Origin: an uncultured Victivallales bacterium
GTDB taxonomy: Bacteria; Verrucomicrobiota; Lentisphaeria; Victivallales; CAZIVM01
Direction of reading: 5' to 3'
Assembly (NCBI GenBank): GCA_964542845.1
Contig: CAZIVM010000001.1
Coordinates: 1 to 54,523, forward strand
DNA: 54,523 bases
Part shown: piece by piece, positions 17,968-24,863 of the stretch
Layout: each line of letters begins with the position of its first letter
Numbering within the stretch: the stretch's first letter is position 1
Program-made: the position numbers and the translations under genes
Notes under the pieces: generated by a model
The model's input: the letters and a program-made list of their open reading frames with translations, nothing else
Database searches by the model: none
What the model was told of the DNA's origin: nothing

Positions 17968-17996
17968 AATATAGCACTTTGTCACTTTAAAATCAA
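17968..17996 (-). promoter_or_regulatory. Putative sigma-70 promoter TTGATT-N17-(TGc)TATATT for the hypothetical-rplV...secY operon
   Basis: On the minus strand: -35 at 17996-17991, a 17-nt spacer ending in TGC, and -10 at 17973-17968. It lies in the 242-nt gap between nth and the 279-aa ORF. Confidence 0.4.
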
Positions 17997-18020
17997 ATTT
18001 TACCGTCAAAAACAACCTAA

Positions 18021-18674
18021 TTAAATGCGTTTTTGACATTCTTCACGGAGGCAACATGTGTCACAAAGGGGCTTGCGTGCCGAGCAACTATTGCGTCCGT
18101 GCGTGATTAATAACAATGAAAGTTGACCTAGTAGTTCACGATGTGGAAAGATTGATTTTACAAAATGTTCAATCGCCTCTGGTGAATCGGAATCAACAAT
18201 TCCGATACGATTTAAAAGACGTTTTACATGGGTATCAACGGCAAATCCTGTCCCATCATAAATATCAGCAAGGATTACGTTGGCGGTTTTTCTACCTACG
18301 CCAGGTAGGGTCACGAGTGCTTCAATATCAAAAGGAACTTCGCCATCAAATCGCTCCACAATCCCTTGAGCTGTCCCTATAATATACTGTGATTTTGCTT
18401 TATAGAGTCCGATCGCCTTAATTAAAGCTTGTACTTTTTTTAAGTCAGCTTTTGCTAAATGATGCGCTGTTGGGTATTTGTCAAAAAGGGCAGGGGTATT
18501 TTGATTGACCACTTTATCGGTGCATTGTGCAGATAAAATGACAGCAATGAGCAGTTGAAATGGGGTTTCATGATCTAAAAAACAATGTTGTTCTCCATAC
18601 GTTTGATGCAATAAATTGAAGATTTTTTCTAATTTTTGCGCGATTAATTTGTTTTTGCGTGTTAATTTTTGCAT
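18021..18674 (-). CDS. nth: Endonuclease III
   Basis: HhH-GPD motif LVTLPGVGRKTANVIL and a C-terminal 4Fe-4S cluster loop C-x6-C-x2-C-x5-C (CSARKPLCDTCCLREEC). Confidence 0.9.
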   Translation of the reverse strand: MQKLTRKNKLIAQKLEKIFNLLHQTYGEQHCFLDHETPFQLLIAVILSAQCTDKVVNQNTPALFDKYPTAHHLAKADLKKVQALIKAIGLYKAKSQYIIGTAQGIVERFDGEVPFDIEALVTLPGVGRKTANVILADIYDGTGFAVDTHVKRLLNRIGIVDSDSPEAIEHFVKSIFPHRELLGQLSLLLITHGRNSCSARKPLCDTCCLREECQKRI

Positions 18675-18693
18675 GATTTACACTTTGGGATCA

Positions 18694-18721
18694 TTGTTTT
18701 TGTGAAAAAATTCGTTATATT
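18694..18721 (+). promoter_or_regulatory. Putative sigma-70 promoter TTGTTT-N16-TATATT for folK
   Basis: -35 at 18694-18699 and -10 at 18716-18721. The RBS AAGAGG precedes the ATG at 18776. Confidence 0.4.
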
Positions 18722-18775
18722 ATAATAACACGAAAAAGTTTAAAATCAAAATAAATTATCAAAAAAGAGGTTAAA

Positions 18776-19204
18776 ATGTCGGAATTGATTTATATTGCGT
18801 TGGGCGGAAACCTCGGAAATGTCCCTCAAACTTTTCAAAAAGCGATTGAAATTCTGGGGCAAAACGGACTCCATCATATTGTTTGCTCGCAACTTCATGA
18901 GACGGAACCCGTGGGATGTCCTGAAGGGACGCCTAACTTTTTGAATGCAGTGATACGAGGGGAGTGGAATGACACCCCTCAGAAACTTCTTGAGATTTGT
19001 CAAGCCATTGAAGTGGAATGTGGTCGACCGCGACTTCATGAACACTGGGTGAGTCGCACACTCGATTTAGATATTTTGTTGTTTGGGAATCAAACCCTCT
19101 GTTCTGAAAGTTTAACGATCCCTCATCCGCTCATGCACGAACGAGACTTTGTCCTCATTCCGCTTAAAGAAGTGTTGATTTCAGATGAAAAAATTTCCGA
19201 ATAA
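18776..19204 (+). CDS. folK: 2-amino-4-hydroxy-6-hydroxymethyldihydropteridine diphosphokinase (HPPK)
   Basis: IYIALGGNLGN, ETEPVG, FLNAV, RTLDLDILLF and LTIPHPLMHERDFVLIPL. Confidence 0.9.
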   Translation: MSELIYIALGGNLGNVPQTFQKAIEILGQNGLHHIVCSQLHETEPVGCPEGTPNFLNAVIRGEWNDTPQKLLEICQAIEVECGRPRLHEHWVSRTLDLDILLFGNQTLCSESLTIPHPLMHERDFVLIPLKEVLISDEKISE

Positions 19205-19212
19205 CTTGACTT

Positions 19213-19241
19213 TTGATTAAAAAAGATGTAAATTATATATT
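19213..19241 (+). promoter_or_regulatory. Putative sigma-70 promoter TTGATT-N17-TATATT
   Basis: -35 at 19213-19218 and -10 at 19236-19241, about 45 nt upstream of the ATG at 19284. An alternative TTGACT (19205)-N17-TAAATT is also possible. Confidence 0.35.
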
Positions 19242-19283
19242 ATAAATTGAAATTCAACCTTAATCCTTAACGGAGGCTTTATT

Positions 19284-19610
19284 ATGAAAATGAAAATGGT
19301 TTTATCCGCTCTCATCTGTGCTGGAATTGCGTTTACAGCGAGTGCAGAATCAAAAGAACAAACACCGGGTGCGCGTCTTGATGCAAAGTTAAAAGCGCTT
19401 GAAGATGCACGCATTGCTCGTGAAAAAGAACGTGAAGCGAAACGAGAAGAAGCGCGTCAAAAACGCGAAAAAGCAAAAGCAGATTTAGAAAAAGCTAAAA
19501 GCGATATCAAAAACCTTCCAGAAAATACAAAGAAAAAAACACGTGAAGGTTTAGAAAACGCAGCAGATTCTGCGATTAATAAAGGTCTTGATCGTATTTT
19601 TGGCAAATAA
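19284..19610 (+). CDS. Small secreted, highly charged (K/E/R/A) helical protein
   Basis: Signal peptide MKMKMVLSALICAGIAFTASA, then about 87 residues of low-complexity charged helix (AREKEREAKREEARQKREKAKADLEKAK). The stop is 1 nt before the coaB ATG. Confidence 0.6.
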   Translation: MKMKMVLSALICAGIAFTASAESKEQTPGARLDAKLKALEDARIAREKEREAKREEARQKREKAKADLEKAKSDIKNLPENTKKKTREGLENAADSAINKGLDRIFGK

Positions 19611-19611
19611 A

Positions 19612-20271
19612 ATGGCAAAAGTTTTGATTACAGCGGGTCCAACGCGAGAACCCATAGATCCCGTTCGATACATTACCAATCGTTCGAGCGGGAAGATGGG
19701 GTATGCGCTTGCGATGTCGGCCATCGAACTCGGACATGAAGTGGTTTTGATTTCGGGACCGACCATCTTGCATGCCCCTAAAGGACTCTGCGCTTTTGTG
19801 AAAGTTACCACCGCCGAAGAGATGTATGACGCGACACTTGCCTACGCTTCTGATGCCGATTTGATTATTATGACGGCTGCGGTTGCTGACTACACCCCCG
19901 CTCAAATTGCTGATCAAAAGATTAAAAAAGGTGAGAGCGAAATGGTATTGCGTCTTGTGAAAACAAAAGATATCTTAGGTGCATTAGGAGAGCGCAAGAC
20001 AGAATCTCAGTGTTTGGTTGGTTTTGCAGCTGAGACGCAAAATTTAGACCTATACGCAAAGGACAAACTTAAGCGTAAACATCTTGATTTTATTGCAGCG
20101 AACGATGTGAGTGGGGTGGATAGCGGTTTTGATGTGGATCAAAATGCAATTACCCTTTTTGCAAAAAGTGGAAAAGTGTTTGAACTCGCTTTGCAACCTA
20201 AACGTACATTGGCAGACGAGTTATTAAAAATTATTTTCACAAACTCACCTATTTTAATTGATAAAGCATGA
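19612..20271 (+). CDS. coaB: Phosphopantothenate--cysteine ligase, stand-alone CoaB (no CoaC domain)
   Basis: MAKVLITAGPTREPIDPVRYITNRSSGKMG and AAVADY motifs. The start is set at ATG 19612, because the 8-codon extension overlaps the upstream gene. Confidence 0.85.
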   Translation: MAKVLITAGPTREPIDPVRYITNRSSGKMGYALAMSAIELGHEVVLISGPTILHAPKGLCAFVKVTTAEEMYDATLAYASDADLIIMTAAVADYTPAQIADQKIKKGESEMVLRLVKTKDILGALGERKTESQCLVGFAAETQNLDLYAKDKLKRKHLDFIAANDVSGVDSGFDVDQNAITLFAKSGKVFELALQPKRTLADELLKIIFTNSPILIDKA

Positions 20272-20945
20272 AAAACTATCATTGGCATACCCCTTATTCT
20301 GCTGCAGTAGCGCAAAAAGTACAAGCGCGAATTGCGTGCATGCGATGTCATGATTGGGATCATACAGAACGTGTGTTGCATCATGCGTGGAAACTTCTTG
20401 AAATGGAAAACTCAAACGCGCGGATGGAAATTGTTGAGTTAGCGGTTTTGATTCATGATGTGGCACGACCTGAAGAATTTTCACAAGGGCGCGATAAGGT
20501 GTGTCACGCAATTCGTGGAGCAGAAATTGCGCCCGAAATTCTAACCGAGTGTGGAGTGCCTGTGGATTGGTTTGTGCCCATACAAGATTGTATTCGTACG
20601 CATCGTTTTCGTTCAGGCGATACCCCTCAATCGTTAGAAGCGCAAATTGTTTTTGATGCGGATAAACTCGATTCTTTGGGGGCGGTTGGCGTTGTTCGTG
20701 CCTGTTTTTATGCTGGGAAAACAGGGGCTCGTTTGCACAATACGCGCGAAGAAGCCTTGGCAAGCCCTGAACATGGAGTTGACGATACCCCTTATCGTGA
20801 ATATTTGGTAAAGTTGAGCAAAATTCCAGCGAAGATGCTGACCGAAAGTGGGCGTAAATTAGCAGAAGATCGCTTACGATTTACTACGCAATTTTTTGAC
20901 GAATTGAATCAAGAAGTATATCCTGAACTTTTTAATGAGTCCTAA
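20268..20945 (+). CDS. HD-domain metal-dependent phosphohydrolase
   Basis: The H...HD...D signature is present (HDWDHTERV, LIHDVAR, FDADKLDSLG). There is a 4-nt overlap with coaB. Confidence 0.75.
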   Translation: MKNYHWHTPYSAAVAQKVQARIACMRCHDWDHTERVLHHAWKLLEMENSNARMEIVELAVLIHDVARPEEFSQGRDKVCHAIRGAEIAPEILTECGVPVDWFVPIQDCIRTHRFRSGDTPQSLEAQIVFDADKLDSLGAVGVVRACFYAGKTGARLHNTREEALASPEHGVDDTPYREYLVKLSKIPAKMLTESGRKLAEDRLRFTTQFFDELNQEVYPELFNES

Positions 20946-20960
20946 TGATTTAAAAAGAAA

Positions 20961-20986
20961 AAGTCATAATCTCGCGACTATGACTT
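20961..20986. terminator. Hairpin terminator between the convergent HD gene and the purF-like gene
   Basis: Stem AAGTCATA/TATGACTT with a 10-nt loop. An A-run lies on the left and a T-rich stretch on the right. Confidence 0.5.
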
Positions 20987-21013
20987 TTAATGATAAAATT
21001 TAATTTTTAAGAA

Positions 21014-22432
21014 TTAATCTTTTCCATTGAAGCAGAAGGTACAAACTTCATCTGATGTTTTACCTATGGCTTCTAAAAGACGCTCTAATTTTTGGAATTT
21101 CAAGGTTGAAAGATTTAACTCATTTCCAATAATTTCGACCATCTGATTATATTTAGGGGATTCAAAGTCTAAATAGGGGGTAATAAGATCATCGGTTAAA
21201 TCTTTGGTGTTCTCAATTTGTGCAATGGCACGACGTGCTGCTAAATCAAACTCAGTACGTGAACGAGAGAAGTTTAAGAACGGACAACCAAAGACGATAG
21301 GCGGTGATGCTGAACGCATGTGTAACTCTTTGGCCCCTAATGATTTTAAGCGAATAACGGTGTCTTTAAGTTGTGTGCCACGCACAATGGAGTCATCGCA
21401 CATCAACAGGCGTTTTCCATTAATAACATCGTGAACAGGGATGAGTTTCATACGTGCAACTAAGTCGCGAACATTTTGATTTTGGGGCATGAAACTACGT
21501 GGCCATGTAGGAGTATATTTAACAAACGCGCGCAAATAAGGGCGTCCGGACGCATTCGAGTAACCAATCGCATGGGCGACTCCTGAATCGGGAACCCCGC
21601 AAACGGAGTCGATATCAACATCATCATGTTGTGCAATGATGCGACCATTTTCGTAACGCGCAATTTCGGTATTGACCCCTTCATAAGTTGATGAAGGGTA
21701 GCCATAATAGACCCATAAAAAGACGCATGTACGATTTTTGCCATGAGGTGCACGTTTTTGAATAATGTTAAGATCAGGCGTAATATGAACAATTTCGCCA
21801 GGGCCTAAATCGTGTTTGGGTGTAAAATCGAGGTTTGGGAACGCAGTTGTTTCCATCCCCACAGCAATTGCCGTCTCTTTTTGTCCGATGATAATGGGAG
21901 TACGCCCATTTTTATCGCGAGAAGCATAGATGCCACCATCTGCCATTAAAAGGATCGAGCAAGATCCTTCGATGCGAGCCTGTGCATAAATAATTCCATC
22001 GACGAAATTATCTTTTTGGTTAATCAGTGCAGCAACCACTTCGGCGGCGTTAATTTCGCCGTTGTCCATTTCGGAGAAGTGGATGTTGTGGACTTCTTGG
22101 ATCTCTTTGGTTAATTCATCAATATTGGCAATTTTACCCACAAAAACAAGGGAGTAAATTCCTAAACGAGACGTAATGACAAGGGGTTGATCTTCGAAGT
22201 CACTGATAATTCCAATTCCTGCGATGGAGCCTTCAAAAGAGATTAAATCGCGATCGAACTTAGAGCGAAAAGGGTCGTTAGAGATATCGTGAATACGACG
22301 AAAAAGTCTGCCACTTTTTTTGGTAACAGCCATTCCGCCTCGACGTGTCCCAAGATGTGAATGATAGTCTGTACCATAAAAAAGATCCGCGACACAGTCA
22401 TCGCTCGCGACAACACCAAAAAATCCGCTCAT
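21014..22432 (-). CDS. Amidophosphoribosyltransferase paralogue with Ser in place of the N-terminal catalytic Cys
   Basis: 472 aa. The N-terminus MSGFFGVV compares with canonical MCG(I/V)xG. An Ntn-amidotransferase-like N-domain and a PRTase loop (LLMCDDSIVRGTQL) are present. Confidence 0.75.
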   Translation of the reverse strand: MSGFFGVVASDDCVADLFYGTDYHSHLGTRRGGMAVTKKSGRLFRRIHDISNDPFRSKFDRDLISFEGSIAGIGIISDFEDQPLVITSRLGIYSLVFVGKIANIDELTKEIQEVHNIHFSEMDNGEINAAEVVAALINQKDNFVDGIIYAQARIEGSCSILLMADGGIYASRDKNGRTPIIIGQKETAIAVGMETTAFPNLDFTPKHDLGPGEIVHITPDLNIIQKRAPHGKNRTCVFLWVYYGYPSSTYEGVNTEIARYENGRIIAQHDDVDIDSVCGVPDSGVAHAIGYSNASGRPYLRAFVKYTPTWPRSFMPQNQNVRDLVARMKLIPVHDVINGKRLLMCDDSIVRGTQLKDTVIRLKSLGAKELHMRSASPPIVFGCPFLNFSRSRTEFDLAARRAIAQIENTKDLTDDLITPYLDFESPKYNQMVEIIGNELNLSTLKFQKLERLLEAIGKTSDEVCTFCFNGKD

Positions 22433-22476
22433 AAAGGGCTCCTAGGTTTTAATGAAAGTTAATATTGCGTCATATT

Positions 22477-22505
22477 AATATAAACGCATTCTGTTTTTTT
22501 TCAAG
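22477..22505 (-). promoter_or_regulatory. Putative sigma-70 promoter TTGAAA-N17-TATATT for the purF paralogue, overlapped by a dyad
   Basis: On the minus strand: -35 at 22505-22500 and -10 at 22482-22477. The dyad TTAATAT-N6-ATATTAA (22459-22478) overlaps the -10 and the predicted start site. Confidence 0.45.
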
Positions 22506-22697
22506 TTTAATCGTTTATTTTTATTCACGTTTCGCTTTTTCTTCGCTAAAAATAAAATAAAAATTGAGTTGGACGGGAAACATTTTTTTCTTTTTTTCGT
22601 CTTTATATAATATAAATTGAAGAAAAGTGCGTGTGCGCGCTTATGCCCATGATACTATTGTATAAAATATGAAAATAATGAAAGGGTTATGTAGAAT

Positions 22698-24860
22698 ATG
22701 ATCGATTTCTTTTTGGAACCAGACCGCTTATGGCATCTTGCTTGGCTCCTTCCGTTATTGGTTTTGTTGCAAGTGTACGCACAAGGTCGTCGTGCAAAGG
22801 CGATTCGTTCGGTTTTAGGCGTTCAACATTTTCAGAAAGATGGTTCGGCAATTGGGATTAATGTTTCGCCGACACGTCGGGTGCTTCGTTTTGTTGTATT
22901 GGGTTTGATTGCAACTCTATGTGTTTGTGCTTACGCGCGCCCTGCATGGGGAAATAGTTTGATTTCTGTAACAGGGGCTGGATGTGATGTGATGTTTTTA
23001 TTCGATGTCTCCAAGAGTATGCTTGCTGAAGATTTGCCTCCGAACCGTTTAGCGCATGCGAAACTTTTGGTTGAAGAGGTGACGAAGCGTTTGACAGGAG
23101 ATCGTTTTGGGATTATTTCGTTTGCTGGACACGCTTTTATGGAGTGTCCGCTCACCTCAGATCGCGTCAGTTTTCTTCAAATTTTGAATACGATTAGCGA
23201 AAAGTCAATCCCAGTAGGGGGGACAAATATTGAATCCGCCCTTTCGATTGCGAGTACTCATTTTGATGTCGCCGAAACGGAAAATCGTACCATTGTTCTC
23301 ATCACTGATGGGGAAGAACATGTGGGGAAAATGGAGAATGTGTTAGATAGTTTGCGTCTTCAAAAAATTCCATTAATTGTGGTGGGGCTAGGCGATCCGA
23401 ACATCGGGAGTGCGATTCAGTTAACAAACAGTCGTGGAGAGAAACGGTTTATCACAGATAAAGCGGATAATATGGTTAAAACCAAGCTCAATGAAGCCGG
23501 GTTGCGTCAGTTAGCCGTTGAAACGAAAGGGGTTTATATTCGTTCAACCGTGCAAGCAATGGGCGAAAAAGAGATTGTCGCACGTGTAAAACAACTCACC
23601 CCTAATGCGCATGATACCGTGAATAAAATGCTCCCCGTCGAGCGTTGGTTATGGTTTATGGTGCCTGCATTTGTTTTGTTTTTGCTGTTTATTGGGTTGC
23701 ATGAACGTGCGACTTCTGTGGCGAAAAATATGGCATATCAACGTTTTTTAGGTGAAACCCCGATTCTATTTTTTGTTGGGACTCTCTTGTTTTTGTGGGG
23801 AATGCGTGCGGAGGCGTCGGAAGAGAGCGACTCAACTTTATCTGCCATTGGGATTTATAACTTGGGTGTGGATGAACATCTCCAAAACGAGAAAGATTCA
23901 GCCATTCAATCATACTTAGAGGCATTGAGTAAACCTCATACTTCCCCTGAACTTCGCGCTAATATTAATAATAATTTAGGCGTCATTCGTCATGAAGAGG
24001 CGATTGAACGATTAGAGGAAGCTAAATCTTTTTCGAGTGCGCACTTAGATGAAATTGATCAGGCGATTGAATCGACGGATCAGTCGCTTTCCAAACTCAA
24101 AGAGAGTCAGGACTACTATCGAGAAGCATTGCGACTCAATCCCAATCAATCTATTCAAAATCAAGCGCGTAACGTGAAGAAACGTTCGGAAGCGGAAGGT
24201 TTGAAACAAACGCTTGAAATGACAAAGAAGAAACTTGAAGAACTCCAAAAACAATTGAATGAAGCTCAAAAGAATCAACAACAAAATCAAAAAGACCAAC
24301 AAGATAATCAAAAGACTCAACAACAAAAACAGCAGCAAAATCAAAAAGCACAAAAATCTTCACAAAAAGCACAAGATGCTGCCAAAGAGGCGGGCGACTC
24401 AGCAGAAAAGCTGAAGAATCAAAAGATGAAAGATGCCATGGATTCTATTCAAAAATCACTTGAGAAAGCACAGAAGGCGCAGTCTCAAAACGATCAAAAG
24501 AGCGCCTCCGAACATCTACAAAAAGCTGCGCAAGAGATGCAACAAATCATGCCTAATCCGCAAGAAGATAAAAAATCAAAGGATGACAAAAAAGGCGATA
24601 AACAAGCTGATCAAGCGGAAAAGAAGTCGGATTCAAAAGATGCAGAATCGATGCAAGAATCGAAAGACTCTCAAACGGATGAAGAGAAAGAAAAAGCCAA
24701 AGAAGCCATGCGTCTTCAAGCGGCGAAAGAAGATATAGACAATAAAGCGGGCGAAATTCTTTTGCGCGAAATGGAACGTGATGAAAATGCGTTGCGAAAT
24801 GAACTCTTGCAACGTCGTTCGGGTCCAGCCAAACTTCGTCCGGTAGATAAGGATTGGTAA
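22698..24860 (+). CDS. BatA/BatB-like VWA-domain membrane protein fused to a TPR (BatC-like) region and a long Q/K/E-rich coiled tail
   Basis: N-terminal TMs. VWA MIDAS motif DVMFLFDVSKSM plus IVLITDGEEH. Central TMs, then TPR-like repeats (IGIYNLGV..AIQSYLEAL, YYREALRLNPN), then about 230 aa of low complexity. Confidence 0.7.
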   Translation: MIDFFLEPDRLWHLAWLLPLLVLLQVYAQGRRAKAIRSVLGVQHFQKDGSAIGINVSPTRRVLRFVVLGLIATLCVCAYARPAWGNSLISVTGAGCDVMFLFDVSKSMLAEDLPPNRLAHAKLLVEEVTKRLTGDRFGIISFAGHAFMECPLTSDRVSFLQILNTISEKSIPVGGTNIESALSIASTHFDVAETENRTIVLITDGEEHVGKMENVLDSLRLQKIPLIVVGLGDPNIGSAIQLTNSRGEKRFITDKADNMVKTKLNEAGLRQLAVETKGVYIRSTVQAMGEKEIVARVKQLTPNAHDTVNKMLPVERWLWFMVPAFVLFLLFIGLHERATSVAKNMAYQRFLGETPILFFVGTLLFLWGMRAEASEESDSTLSAIGIYNLGVDEHLQNEKDSAIQSYLEALSKPHTSPELRANINNNLGVIRHEEAIERLEEAKSFSSAHLDEIDQAIESTDQSLSKLKESQDYYREALRLNPNQSIQNQARNVKKRSEAEGLKQTLEMTKKKLEELQKQLNEAQKNQQQNQKDQQDNQKTQQQKQQQNQKAQKSSQKAQDAAKEAGDSAEKLKNQKMKDAMDSIQKSLEKAQKAQSQNDQKSASEHLQKAAQEMQQIMPNPQEDKKSKDDKKGDKQADQAEKKSDSKDAESMQESKDSQTDEEKEKAKEAMRLQAAKEDIDNKAGEILLREMERDENALRNELLQRRSGPAKLRPVDKDW
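24247..24375 (+). repeat. CAA/AAA-rich low-complexity coding tract (Q/K/N repeats)
   Basis: Encodes QKQLNEAQKNQQQNQKDQQDNQKTQQQKQQQNQKAQKSSQKAQ. The degenerate CAA/AAA/GAC units have no exact period. The tract generates long spurious ORFs in the other frames. Confidence 0.7.
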
Positions 24861-24863
24861 AAT

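Noticed and set aside
20254-20763. 169-aa antisense ORF opposite the HD-domain gene, and the 187-aa antisense ORF at 8157-8720 opposite the DUF3472 gene.
   Set aside because: The sense-strand proteins carry clear family motifs. The antisense translations are low-complexity or atypical and lack start-site context.
24045-24738. Several ORFs (24045-24353 minus, 24151-24372 minus, 24433-24738 plus) with striking Leu-rich or Lys/Arg-rich sequences.
   Set aside because: They are frame artefacts of the CAA/AAA-rich low-complexity tract inside the VWA/TPR gene.
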